This document shows positions 53,471 to 62,420 of a stretch of DNA of 64,000 bases, piece after piece. A program made the position numbers and the translations under genes. How positions within the stretch are numbered: the stretch's first letter is position 1; every line of letters begins with the position of its first letter. This DNA comes from a virus (taxonomy: Duplodnaviria; Caudoviricetes), in the IMG/VR virus record IMGVR_UViG_3300047160_011027, positions 1,510-65,509 of that record. One strand, 5' to 3'. The notes beneath the pieces are model-generated. The model saw nothing but the letters and a program-made list of their open reading frames with translations, was not told where the DNA came from and did no database searches.

Positions 53471-54472
53471 ATGTGTGGAATCGCCGGATTCTCTCTTCAC
53501 GAGGGAACAACCAGAGTCGATCAGGTTCGACTCGCACGCGCGCTACTGCTCGGGATCGAGCCGCGCGGACGAGACGCGGCTGGGATCGCATGGGTGGGCG
53601 ACGACGCCGAGAGTTCCGTTTGGTATCAGAAGCACAACGTCGCAGCCTCGCTGCTCGTTGACGATCTGCAACCCGCGGGCGCTCGTTCGTTGATCGCGCA
53701 CACCCGCTACGCGACGCAGGGCGACCCGCGTCACAACGAGAACAACCACCCGATCTCGCTGCCCGGAATCGTGGGCGTCCACAACGGACAGATTGCGAAC
53801 GATCGGGAAATCTTCAAGATGCTCGGCTGCAAGCGAGACGGAGAGGTCGACTCGGAGGCCGCGTTCGCGCTGCTCGTCCACGGCCCGAGCGTTCTCACCG
53901 CAACCGTGCCCGAACTGCTCTCGCTCATCGAGGGTTCAGCCGCACTCGCGTGGATCGCGACAGACGATCCGAACACTCTGCACCTCGCCCGCCTCGGCTA
54001 CTCGCCGCTGGTGATCGCGACGACGCGCAAGGGTTCGCTCGTCTTCGCGTCGACGGAGGACGCGCTCAAGAAGGCGGCGACGGCAGGCGGATTTAACTTC
54101 CGTCGCATCGTTCGCGTGCCCGAGGGAACGTATCTCCGAGTCGTGAACGGCAAGGTTGTCGAGGTGAGCCCGATCGAGTTGTCGAGTCGAGGCAGCAGCC
54201 GTCGGGCATTCGATGCCTATAAGTCCGCCAATCGCGATCGCATGGACGTCGCGTACTTCGACGGAGACGACGAGGCCGAGAGTTCCTACTGGACGCGCGT
54301 CAGCGACAGTCGGGCCTCGTCCCAATCGTTCCCGCTGATGAACGCGCACGAGCAGGCGATCACGCAGAAGCAGAAGCGTCGGCACGGCAAGGGCAAGGGC
54401 ACGCCGAACGTCGTCGTCCACGAGCGCGAGTCGTTCCCGGACTACGACCCGAACGAGAGGGCGCTGTCATGA
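53471..54472 (+). CDS. Class II (Ntn) glutamine amidotransferase
   Basis: MCGIAG N-terminal Cys, RGRDAAG, AHTRYATQG, NNHP, HNG.I.N, VDSE. Confidence 0.9.
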   Translation: MCGIAGFSLHEGTTRVDQVRLARALLLGIEPRGRDAAGIAWVGDDAESSVWYQKHNVAASLLVDDLQPAGARSLIAHTRYATQGDPRHNENNHPISLPGIVGVHNGQIANDREIFKMLGCKRDGEVDSEAAFALLVHGPSVLTATVPELLSLIEGSAALAWIATDDPNTLHLARLGYSPLVIATTRKGSLVFASTEDALKKAATAGGFNFRRIVRVPEGTYLRVVNGKVVEVSPIELSSRGSSRRAFDAYKSANRDRMDVAYFDGDDEAESSYWTRVSDSRASSQSFPLMNAHEQAITQKQKRRHGKGKGTPNVVVHERESFPDYDPNERALS

Positions 54473-54654
54473 ACGTCTTTCAAGATCAAGGCGGGAACTG
54501 GGTCGCCATTCGCGAGATCCGTTTCTCGTCGGGGGCTAAGGGCTATGAGCGGATCACCGTCATCAAGCGTGGCACCGATCCGTTCGCCCAGGCCGAGTTA
54601 CGAGAAGAGGCAGAAGAGCGCGCACGGCGCGCCTTCGGAATCGAGGAATCATGA
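54469..54654 (+). CDS. Hypothetical protein
   Basis: ATGA-coupled early gene. Confidence 0.55.
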   Translation: MNVFQDQGGNWVAIREIRFSSGAKGYERITVIKRGTDPFAQAELREEAEERARRAFGIEES

Positions 54655-55031
54655 GTTTCGACTTCAGCGATCGCAACGCGGTGAAGGAACTCGGCGCTGA
54701 CGTCGCCGAGGCCGTCATGGCAGTCGCCGCCCGACACGGGCTCAAATGCCAGGTGAAGGGCGGGCGTTACGACCCGCACGCGGGCACCTATACGCCGCGC
54801 CTTGAGTTGCAGGCAAACGACAAGGACGAGCGTGAGTTCCGCGAATACGCGGATGCGTTCGGCCTCTCGCCCGACGACTTCGGGCGTTCGTTCGTCGTTC
54901 ACGGGACGACGTACAAGATCACGGGCCTTCGCACGCGAGCGCGCACGCGTCCGATCGTCGCCAGCGCGGGCGGGAAGAACTACACGTGGAAGGCGCTTGA
55001 CGTGGCGCGGCTCTTGGCGAGGGCGTCGTGA
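54651..55031 (+). CDS. Conserved phage hypothetical protein
   Basis: GGRY, FGL.PDDFG..F...G..Y.ITGL..R....PI pattern. Confidence 0.65.
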   Translation: MSFDFSDRNAVKELGADVAEAVMAVAARHGLKCQVKGGRYDPHAGTYTPRLELQANDKDEREFREYADAFGLSPDDFGRSFVVHGTTYKITGLRTRARTRPIVASAGGKNYTWKALDVARLLARAS

Positions 55032-55771
55032 ACGTCTACAGCAAGACGATCTACGTCGAGGTGGAAGCAGCCGACGAAGCGTCGGCGAACGCCATCATCA
55101 CCGAAGCGTTCGTGCTCGACGCGCACCCGCTGAATGACATCCCCGCGATCCTCAACATCGATCTCGCGGGCCCGATCGAGGAGACGGAGTTCACTGTCTG
55201 CGAATGGTGCGCGGGCGAGGGCTGCAAGTCCTGCGGATTTAGCGGACGAGGAGGCACCGGCATGGCAACACTCGACTTCGGATCATCTTACGATCCCAAC
55301 AATAACGACGCGCCCGTGATCGTTGTGATCCGACACCCGGATGCCGGCGACGACATCCGCTGCTTCGGCTTCGACGCCGAGGTGATCTATCTGGACGAGG
55401 GCGCCTCGTTCGATCGTTCCAAGCTCTGGCCGAACGATGACGACGAGACGAAGGAAACGGTGCGCGAGTGGGCGCAGTGGCGTCTCGCTGAGGTCGCCGA
55501 GTGCGGGAACCCCGAGGCCGCCGACTGGGTGCGCGTCGAGGTGGGCGAGGTGCTCAAGGACATCGACGCGCTCTGCGGGTTCCGCTGGCGCGAACGTGCT
55601 GCTGACGGCTCGGGCCCGTTCGTCTGGCGCGAGTGCGTCAAGGCGAAGGGTCACACGTCGATCCCGCACGAATGGCCCAACGAGTTCGTGGGCACGGATC
55701 GACAGATCGGGCCGTCGATGCCCGACGAGTCCGAACGCAATCGCATCGGTTATCAGGAGGAGACGCCATGA
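55028..55771 (+). CDS. Hypothetical protein with CxxCxGxG zinc motif; possible internal start at 55262
   Basis: CEWCAGEGCKSCG; GGAGG SD before in-frame ATG 55262. Confidence 0.6.
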   Translation: MNVYSKTIYVEVEAADEASANAIITEAFVLDAHPLNDIPAILNIDLAGPIEETEFTVCEWCAGEGCKSCGFSGRGGTGMATLDFGSSYDPNNNDAPVIVVIRHPDAGDDIRCFGFDAEVIYLDEGASFDRSKLWPNDDDETKETVREWAQWRLAEVAECGNPEAADWVRVEVGEVLKDIDALCGFRWRERAADGSGPFVWRECVKAKGHTSIPHEWPNEFVGTDRQIGPSMPDESERNRIGYQEETP

Positions 55772-56274
55772 CGCCCGATAGCGAACTCCGCAACGTCGTC
55801 GCGTCCTGGATCGCAACGAAGAAACATGCCTGCAAGGACGGTCCCGAGGATCTCAATCCGCAACTCGACATTCTCTATGCCGATGGCACGCGCGGCTTGG
55901 CGCTCATAGCCGGCCCGCGTGAACTGCTGACGCCGGCAATCGCCGAAATGAAATCAGGCGGCGAGATCGTCCGGATCTTCCATCTGGCCGACGTCTATAT
56001 GCGCACGGGTTTGCCGAAGGACTTCGATATCGACAACTCACGCTTCGCCCTCAGCGACGCCTTCCAGGCGGGCGATATGAAGGTGGGCGAAGCGTTGACG
56101 ATCAGCGACTACGACGCCCAGGGCGCGTGCGCGGGCTATGCGATCGTGCGTTACACGATTGACGACCGCGGACATCCGCGGTTCGGACAGCCCGACTTCC
56201 TCGACGCGTTCGACATGGGCGGTGTCATCCCCGAAATCATTGCTGAAGCACTAGGAGGCTCCCATGGGTCTTGA
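55768..56274 (+). CDS. Hypothetical protein
   Basis: AGGAGG SD; ATGA-coupled. Confidence 0.6.
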   Translation: MTPDSELRNVVASWIATKKHACKDGPEDLNPQLDILYADGTRGLALIAGPRELLTPAIAEMKSGGEIVRIFHLADVYMRTGLPKDFDIDNSRFALSDAFQAGDMKVGEALTISDYDAQGACAGYAIVRYTIDDRGHPRFGQPDFLDAFDMGGVIPEIIAEALGGSHGS

Positions 56275-56746
56275 TATGTATCTCTACCGCCAACGTGCGA
56301 ACGCCGAGTCCATCGAGGACGTTCTGAACGACGATCGCTTCGACATCGCCAAGGACGGCTGGTTCGAGGAGTGGAAGCTCGTCCACGACGATCTGCAGGT
56401 GGCGTACTGGCGCAAGGCGAACGCCATCCACGCGTGGTTCGTCCATAACTTCCAGGACGACGTGGACGAGTGCCAATACTCCAAGCCGATCAGTCGCGAG
56501 GCGCTGGCGGGACTCGTCGAACGATGCAAGCGCATCCTCGCCGGCGATCCGGCGAACCCCTTCGACAACGGCGCCATCGATCCGAAGATCGCCGGGGAAC
56601 TCCTGCCGACGCAGGGAGGATTCTTCTTCGGCACCTACGAATATGGCGAGTGGTACCGCGAAGGGCTGCGCGAGACGATCGAACAGCTTGAGCCCGTCAT
56701 CGCCGAACGCAACGACGACGTATTCGTCTATAACTCGTCATGGTGA
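56264..56746 (+). CDS. Widespread conserved phage hypothetical protein
   Basis: MGLDMYL, YWRKANAIH.WFV, LLPTQ.GFFFG..EY.EWY, Y.SSW. Confidence 0.8.
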   Translation: MGLDMYLYRQRANAESIEDVLNDDRFDIAKDGWFEEWKLVHDDLQVAYWRKANAIHAWFVHNFQDDVDECQYSKPISREALAGLVERCKRILAGDPANPFDNGAIDPKIAGELLPTQGGFFFGTYEYGEWYREGLRETIEQLEPVIAERNDDVFVYNSSW

Positions 56747-56868
56747 TGCGCGACGTGATCCTCATCATCCTCTTCGCGACGATCGCTGCGATGCTCTTGC
56801 GCCTCGGCGATCCGGGAATGCCGCAGTGTCCGCAGGGCCGCGTCGCCCACGTTCGGTGCGCGCCATGA
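56746..56868 (+). CDS. 40-aa membrane peptide
   Basis: TGATG and ATGA overlaps on both sides; hydrophobic N-terminus. Confidence 0.4.
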   Translation: MRDVILIILFATIAAMLLRLGDPGMPQCPQGRVAHVRCAP

Positions 56869-57107
56869 ATATCCCGCAGCGTGGCGGCTGGTTCAATCTG
56901 CGTTGCTGGAACGGGCTCTCCAACGCGCAAAAGCTGCGACTCATCGCCGACGGCAATCTGCCCTTCGGGTATACGCCCGAAGGGCCCTGCCCGAACGGGG
57001 CCGAGATCGCAATCGAAACGCGGTTCGATCCCGCGCCCGGGCCCCGGTTCTATTGCGTCGAGTGCGGGTTGGCATACGTGGCCCGCTTTAGAGAGGAGAG
57101 AACATGA
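56865..57107 (+). CDS. Hypothetical protein
   Basis: ATGA-coupled; C...CxxC. Confidence 0.55.
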   Translation: MNIPQRGGWFNLRCWNGLSNAQKLRLIADGNLPFGYTPEGPCPNGAEIAIETRFDPAPGPRFYCVECGLAYVARFREERT

Positions 57108-57307
57108 GAAAACGCGTCGATGAACTACAACCGGGTGACGTGCTGGTTTTCCGAAGCGATCGCGGGCTGCCACGGCCCTACACCATCGATCGCGTCGAAC
57201 CAGCGCCCGATCATTGCGGAGAGAAGATGGTGCGCGTGATCTGGCGAGAACTCCGCATCGTGAGTTCAATCGTCGCGGCCGCTACCGAGACGGAGGTGGA
57301 GATATGA
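57104..57307 (+). CDS. Small SH3-like hypothetical protein
   Basis: ELQPGDVL..., ATGA-coupled, GGAG SD. Confidence 0.55.
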   Translation: MRKRVDELQPGDVLVFRSDRGLPRPYTIDRVEPAPDHCGEKMVRVIWRELRIVSSIVAAATETEVEI

Positions 57308-57777
57308 ACGACGTCTGGATGCCAAGGCGACCCGTCATGACGGCGAAGGAATTTAGGGAGGCGGAGATCGCGTCCTACCCGCGCGACTACGCACGATCGG
57401 ACGACGGCTACGGCGATATTGAAGTTGCGCGATCCGAAGGCTGGCGCCCGCTGTCGAGCTGGGGCGCCGACGGCTGGGATCTCGGCGAGTGGCCCTACGT
57501 GATTCTCTGCATTCGCGATCACGGCGCCGACTACGAGCTGCTTTCGATCTGCGAGGGCGATCACGTCGTCTACGCCTTTATGAGCGAAAAGGATCGCAGC
57601 GCGGCACTCGACTATCTCTTCTGCTGGTACATGATCGGCAAGGGGTTGGCCGAGACGCAATGGGATGCCGCGATCGGTGTCTACGATCCTGAGGAGGCGC
57701 GCAAACGTCTGGACGACGGGAATCTCCAGGTGCCCAATCGATTCCGGGGGCCCTATCGCGAATGCGAGTCGCCATGA
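57304..57777 (+). CDS. Conserved actinophage hypothetical protein
   Basis: GW....SWG.DGWDLG.WPYV, CEGD motif; GGAGG SD. Confidence 0.65.
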   Translation: MNDVWMPRRPVMTAKEFREAEIASYPRDYARSDDGYGDIEVARSEGWRPLSSWGADGWDLGEWPYVILCIRDHGADYELLSICEGDHVVYAFMSEKDRSAALDYLFCWYMIGKGLAETQWDAAIGVYDPEEARKRLDDGNLQVPNRFRGPYRECESP

Positions 57778-57989
57778 TCTCCCCATTCCCGCCCGCAGCG
57801 CCCGGCGATCTCGTCTTCTACGACGACGCTCAGGGGCAGCACCAAAAGGGCGAGGTGGCGCTCGATTGCCGCATGACGCCAACCGGGGATTGGGAGATCC
57901 CGGTCTTCGTGCAGGACGGCATCGTATGGGTGAACGAAATGCTGCCGAGTCTCGTGATCCGGCGACGCGCCGAGAGGAGAGAAGAGTGA
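57774..57989 (+). CDS. Hypothetical protein
   Basis: ATGA-coupled. Confidence 0.5.
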   Translation: MISPFPPAAPGDLVFYDDAQGQHQKGEVALDCRMTPTGDWEIPVFVQDGIVWVNEMLPSLVIRRRAERREE

Positions 57990-58210
57990 CGAAAGACGCA
58001 TGGATTCGCCGGGCCGTCGCGATCGAGGAACGCTTGCGCCGGCATCGCGAGCGGGAAGAACAGCTGCTGTGGAATCGGCGCAAGACGTGGCTCATGGCGA
58101 CAGAGGCCGGTGCGACATATAGCGAACTGAAACAGGCGGTGGGAATGTCCGATGGGCTGCTCATCAAAGAGCTCCGGCGCGCCCGCCTTGAACGATTGGA
58201 GAAGCAATGA
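57986..58210 (+). CDS. Small HTH DNA-binding protein
   Basis: A.EAGATYSELKQAVGMS..L pattern. Confidence 0.55.
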   Translation: MTKDAWIRRAVAIEERLRRHREREEQLLWNRRKTWLMATEAGATYSELKQAVGMSDGLLIKELRRARLERLEKQ

Positions 58211-58668
58211 CTGCAAGATTCGTGCAGATCGGCGACGACTGGCTCAACGTCGATCACATCCAGAGCGTCCATCTGCATTGCGTCAACGAGTCGCTCTGGC
58301 ACGTTCGGATTCGTACCGAGGGCAGGCCCTATGTCCTGCCCGATCGGTTCCCGAGTAAGGACGAAGCCCTGGACGGAGCGCGTCGCTTCGTGCAGCGGGC
58401 CGTCATGCCCGATCTGGGCCCGCTGCTTGCTGCCCTGGGCGCTGCGGCGGACGTCAGCGATACCCAGCCGCACGACGCCCGAGAGGGCCAGGACGAGCTG
58501 GACGATATGACGGACGACGAGCTGGCCGCGACGGAGGCGTATCTGCTCTCGCAGGCGCAGGCAGCGCTGGAGGAGGACGACTTCGGGCGCTACGCCCATC
58601 TCCGCACGAAGGCGAACCGCTACGGCGCACGCCTCGACGCACGGCAGGAGGACGCATGCGCGGAATGA
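58207..58668 (+). CDS. Hypothetical protein
   Basis: RFVQIGD.WLNVDHI N-terminus; ATGA-coupled. Confidence 0.55.
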   Translation: MTARFVQIGDDWLNVDHIQSVHLHCVNESLWHVRIRTEGRPYVLPDRFPSKDEALDGARRFVQRAVMPDLGPLLAALGAAADVSDTQPHDAREGQDELDDMTDDELAATEAYLLSQAQAALEEDDFGRYAHLRTKANRYGARLDARQEDACAE

Positions 58669-59096
58669 ACGACTATCTGAACCGTTCGCTCGAGATCATC
58701 GCCGAGCGCGGGCACATGGTGCAGGGCGTGATCCCGGTGGAGGAAGGCGATCACGGGTTCACGTATACGGTCGGGCTCTCGGCGCGCGGCTGGCCGGAGA
58801 TCGTCATGGTCTGCCCGGATATGCAGCCGGCGGCCAAGCTCATCAACGACATCGTCGACTATTACGACGGCGCGGGCCGTGAACCAGTTGCCGGCGACGA
58901 GGTGACGCTCGCCGAGGGGTGCATGCCGATCCGTCTGCGCGCCTGTTCGATCGATGCGCCCGGCTATCCGCTCAACACCGCGCGCGCCTTCTACGACGAC
59001 GACGTCAGAGCGCTCCAGGCGGTGCTGCCCGATCCGCTGGGCCATTATCCCGGCGATCCTGAGAACATCTGGGACTGGCAGGAGCTCGTTCCCTGA
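58665..59096 (+). CDS. DUF4262-like protein
   Basis: I.ERG..VQ.V, FTYTVGL...GWPEIV, Q.V.PD..G..P. Confidence 0.75.
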   Translation: MNDYLNRSLEIIAERGHMVQGVIPVEEGDHGFTYTVGLSARGWPEIVMVCPDMQPAAKLINDIVDYYDGAGREPVAGDEVTLAEGCMPIRLRACSIDAPGYPLNTARAFYDDDVRALQAVLPDPLGHYPGDPENIWDWQELVP

Positions 59097-59102
59097 AGAA
59101 CA

Positions 59103-59233
59103 CCGCTGCCCGTCAATTTCCGCGGGGACGAGAAGCACCTGCCAAGGACGTGTGGGCAGCGGGTAGGTAGACATCTCACGTCGAAAGGTGTGGATTCCGG
59201 GAGAGTGCGACCGCGTGGGCTGTTCTCTCCCGG
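59103..59233 (+). terminator. Two stem-loops ending the rightward early operon
   Basis: CCGCTGCCC/GGGCAGCGG (59103-11/59154-62) and CCGGGAGAG/CTCTCCCGG (59197-205/59225-33). Confidence 0.4.
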
Positions 59234-59273
59234 TTCCCCGTCTCTGATTCCGCGCCGTGCCTACACTTGACTC

Positions 59274-59636
59274 GTGTCCGCTCTCGATGACGCCTGTACG
59301 CTGCGCGGCGAGATCGCCATGTTCGAGCACGATCACGATCTCCGTCAGAGCAGTCGGCGCCGCGAGGTGCGCCGCCTCTGGCTCGTTGCGCTCGTTCTCG
59401 AGGGCGAAACTTGGGCCGATATCCAACGACGGTGCGGCGTGAACAGTCGCACGCTCTCAACGCAACTCTCGCTCGCTCGTGAGGAGAATCCCGATCTCGG
59501 AGCCGAACGACTGCCGCGCAACCGCCCGACGGGCCAATACGCCTGCCCGGAGTGCGGCATGGTGAAATCGAGCCGCCAGGCCCTGGCGCTGCATCGTCGG
59601 CGAGCTCGGGGGCATACGCAGGCGGCGGCGTCATGA
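59274..59636 (+). CDS. HTH + C2H2 zinc-finger protein
   Basis: GETWADIQRRCGVNSRTL; YACPECG....RQALALHRRRARGH; TACACT -10 7 nt upstream of GTG. Confidence 0.65.
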   Translation: MSALDDACTLRGEIAMFEHDHDLRQSSRRREVRRLWLVALVLEGETWADIQRRCGVNSRTLSTQLSLAREENPDLGAERLPRNRPTGQYACPECGMVKSSRQALALHRRRARGHTQAAAS

Positions 59637-60193
59637 AATCCGGCATCAGCCCGAACTCCCGTCTCACCGAGGACGTGATCGCCCGCTGCTGCAAGAGCCT
59701 GCGCGTGAACCCGTCATGGTCCGCGGCGGCCGACTACGCCGGCATCGCCGTCAACACCTTGCGGAACTGGCGGCGTTGGTCGGAGCTCTACGAGCCCCGC
59801 GAGGACGATGACGAGGAAACCGCGCAACTGGACGAACGTCGGCTCTACCGTGCCGCGCGCGAGGCATGGCGGGCCGGCCAGCGCCAAGTCGGTATGGCCC
59901 TTTTCGCCGAACTGGACGAACTGACGGAACGCCGGGACGGGCGCGTCTACTGGATCGCGGTGCAGCGGATGAACGCGGCGCGCGCTGACGGTGAACTCGA
60001 GCTCGTCGCGCTCGTGCGGAAGGCGGCATCTCGAGACTGGCGTGCGGCCTGGGCGCTGCTTCGTTCGGCATGGCCCGAACGCTATGGCGACGAGGCGGGC
60101 GAACTCCCCGCCGCCATGAGTCTCGTCGACGTCGAGAGCCGAGCGCGCGCCGCGCTGGAGGAATGGGAGCGGCGCCAAGCGCAGGGCGAATGA
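59633..60193 (+). CDS. terS: Terminase small subunit
   Basis: KL/RLT.D.I..., AA.YAGI...TL.NW, DWRAAW.LL...PE.YG; directly upstream of terL. Confidence 0.75.
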   Translation: MKSGISPNSRLTEDVIARCCKSLRVNPSWSAAADYAGIAVNTLRNWRRWSELYEPREDDDEETAQLDERRLYRAAREAWRAGQRQVGMALFAELDELTERRDGRVYWIAVQRMNAARADGELELVALVRKAASRDWRAAWALLRSAWPERYGDEAGELPAAMSLVDVESRARAALEEWERRQAQGE

Positions 60194-61701
60194 GTTTCCA
60201 GCTGCCTTCGGATCGCGCCGCGGTGCGTTTCATGTTGCAGTCAGCGATCGAGGCCGAGGACGCGCAGCTCATCGAGTTCTACCGATCGCTTCTACAGGAC
60301 GATCTCGCCTGGCGCCCGCAGGACTATCAGGTGGTGCCCGAGGGCGAATGGACGGTGTGGCTGGCGCTGGCTGGCCGGGGTACGGGCAAGACGGACATGG
60401 GCGCGGCCGCGCTCAACGCGCACATGACAGGCCCTCCGTGCGACGCTCGACTCCTCGGCGGGCATCGGGGCCGGATTATCGGGCCGACGTACACCGACGC
60501 GGTAGCGGCCTGTGTGAACGGGCCCTCCGGGCTGAAGGCGCACAACCCGGACGTCAAGCTGAAGGGGACGAAGGAGGGCACCGTCGTCGAGTGGCCCTCG
60601 GGCGCGCTCTGCCGCATCTTCGGTGGCTACGGGCCCGAAGATCCCGAGCGTTTGCGTTCGGGTGGTAACTCCTGCATCGACTGGCTGGACGAGGCCGCCG
60701 CTTATCGTCAGCTCGACGGGGTCTGGGATCAGGCGCAATTCGGGCTTCGTATCGGATCGAACCCCCGCACGATCATCACCACGACACCGAAGAACCGCCC
60801 CCGTATCCGCGAGCTCGCCGCCGCTGGGGAGCTCTACGCCAAGGAGGGCGACGCGCTGCCGCGCGAACAGCGCGTCGCGGTCGTGCGCGCGTCGACGGAG
60901 CAGAATCGTTACCTGGCGCCCGAGGTGCGCGCCGCGCTCTATGCCCGTTACGCCGGCACTCGGCTCGGCGCTCAGGAGCTGGACGGCGCGATCCTTGATG
61001 ATCTCGGCACCTTCTTCAGCCGGTCATGGTTCGCCTGGGTCGAAGGCGGCACCGCCTGGGTGCAGAAGATCCGATCCTGGGATCTGGCGGGCACGCCGCC
61101 CGGGCCTGCGAATGAGAACCCGGACTGGACGGTCGGGGCGCTCGTGGCCTACCGGCCGGCCGGGAGCTTCACGCTCGCCGATGGCACGCTCATCACGGCC
61201 GGGGAGTTCTGCATCGAAGACGTCATCCGATTGCGCGACACGCCGGCGAACGTCGAGCAGGCCGTCATCGACGCCGCGCGCGCGGATGGGCCCATGGTGG
61301 GCGTCGTGATCGAACGCGAACCGGGCCAGTCCGGGAAGAGTCAGCTCGCGCACTTCCAGCAGGCCCTTGCCGGCGTGGCCCTCGTGAGCGAACACGCGCC
61401 GTCCGGGCCGAAACAGGTGCGAGCGCAGCTCGTCTCAAGCGCGGCGCAGCAAGGTCGCGTCTCGGTCGTGCGCGGTCCCTGGAACGCGGCGCTGATGGAC
61501 GAGCTCGAGGAATTCACCGGGAATCCCGCGCTCGATCGCCACGACGATCAGGTGGACGCGCTCAGCCAGGCGTTCGCCGTTCTCGAGAGCCGCGGCGGCC
61601 CTGCGACGATCCGCGTTCCCGAGGGGCATCTTCCGGGGCGCGAGGCGCTGCTCGGGCGCAACGGCGCACGATCCATCCCGCGCGTCGGGCCGCGGTTCTA
61701 G
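60190..61701 (+). CDS. terL: Terminase large subunit
   Basis: AGRGTGKT Walker A, WLDEAA Walker B, TTTPK, SWDLA, HDDQVDA nuclease motif. Confidence 0.95.
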   Translation: MSFQLPSDRAAVRFMLQSAIEAEDAQLIEFYRSLLQDDLAWRPQDYQVVPEGEWTVWLALAGRGTGKTDMGAAALNAHMTGPPCDARLLGGHRGRIIGPTYTDAVAACVNGPSGLKAHNPDVKLKGTKEGTVVEWPSGALCRIFGGYGPEDPERLRSGGNSCIDWLDEAAAYRQLDGVWDQAQFGLRIGSNPRTIITTTPKNRPRIRELAAAGELYAKEGDALPREQRVAVVRASTEQNRYLAPEVRAALYARYAGTRLGAQELDGAILDDLGTFFSRSWFAWVEGGTAWVQKIRSWDLAGTPPGPANENPDWTVGALVAYRPAGSFTLADGTLITAGEFCIEDVIRLRDTPANVEQAVIDAARADGPMVGVVIEREPGQSGKSQLAHFQQALAGVALVSEHAPSGPKQVRAQLVSSAAQQGRVSVVRGPWNAALMDELEEFTGNPALDRHDDQVDALSQAFAVLESRGGPATIRVPEGHLPGREALLGRNGARSIPRVGPRF

Positions 61702-61704
61702 GCT
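61699..61704 (+). promoter_or_regulatory. -10 element (TAGGCT) of probable leaderless promoter
   Basis: Includes terL TAG stop; ATG 61711 starts 7 nt after. Confidence 0.5.
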
Positions 61705-61710
61705 GAGACG

Positions 61711-62391
61711 ATGCGCGCACTTCACGTCGTCAACGCCTCGCAGAATCACACCGTGCAGGTCAACCAGAACATGCCGATGATTCTCGACGCCCTCAATCTC
61801 CAGCTGCATCATCTGGCCGCTGCCTGGGGCGAGTACGTCTATCACCTGTATGCGGCGCCCTCGGATCGCGGTTTCGCCATGGTCTTCGCCGATGACGATC
61901 AGCAAGTCCAGGGCGCCCTCGCCTATCACGACGTCCTCGCCAACGGGACGCCCTACGCCATGATCCTGCTGGACGAGATCCTCGGGAACGGCGGGACGTG
62001 GCTCGAGGGCGACGTCTCCGTCTCCGGCGCGGCCAGTCACGAACTCTGCGAACTCCTCGGCGATCCCGGCGCGAACCGCTGGGCGAACGACGCGCAGGGC
62101 GAGTTCTGGGCGCTTGAACTCTGCGACGCGACGCAGGGTGACTCCTACGTCCTCAATGGCGTCGCCGTATCGAACTTCCTGCTCCCCGCCTACTTCAATC
62201 CGCTCAATGCCGATGGGCCATACGACTACCTCGGGGTCGTGAACGCGCCATTCGAGATCCGTCCGAACGGTTACGCCATCTCCGGCTCCCGCGGCGCGGT
62301 GTTCGGCGACGAGTATCCGAGCTGGCGCAAGGAGTACGCGACGCGGCCCGGCGCTCGGACGCGGGCGCGCCTCGGCTGGGCATCCCATTGA
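61711..62391 (+). CDS. Putative zinc metallopeptidase-like protein
   Basis: SHELCELLGDP (HExxE), ELCD.TQ, VAVSNF..P.YF, YDYLG. Confidence 0.5.
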   Translation: MRALHVVNASQNHTVQVNQNMPMILDALNLQLHHLAAAWGEYVYHLYAAPSDRGFAMVFADDDQQVQGALAYHDVLANGTPYAMILLDEILGNGGTWLEGDVSVSGAASHELCELLGDPGANRWANDAQGEFWALELCDATQGDSYVLNGVAVSNFLLPAYFNPLNADGPYDYLGVVNAPFEIRPNGYAISGSRGAVFGDEYPSWRKEYATRPGARTRARLGWASH

Positions 62392-62414
62392 ACCTGAGCG
62401 CGCTCAGGTAGAGT
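62392..62414 (+). promoter_or_regulatory. Perfect 18-bp palindrome abutting a TAGAGT -10
   Basis: ACCTGAGCG|CGCTCAGGT 62392-62409; -10 62409-62414; ATG 62421. Confidence 0.55.
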
Positions 62415-62420
62415 CAGTTC

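Noticed and set aside
8450-57170. Frequent GCGATCGC / CGATCG (HIP1-like) words
   Set aside because: Largely explained by Ala-Ile-Ala codon usage (GCG ATC GC.); not counted against a codon-preserving null.
53095-59181. 13-bp direct repeat AGACATCTCACGT at 53095 and 59169 flanking the rightward early operon
   Set aside because: A 13-mer pair is expected by chance in 64 kb and no recombinase is present; kept only as a curiosity because both copies are intergenic.
59064-59192. Hammerhead-like core (CTGAAGA at 59093-99 with a downstream CGAAA)
   Set aside because: Stem II does not close correctly before GAAA, the putative cleavage triplet would end in G, and half lies in the DUF4262 coding sequence.
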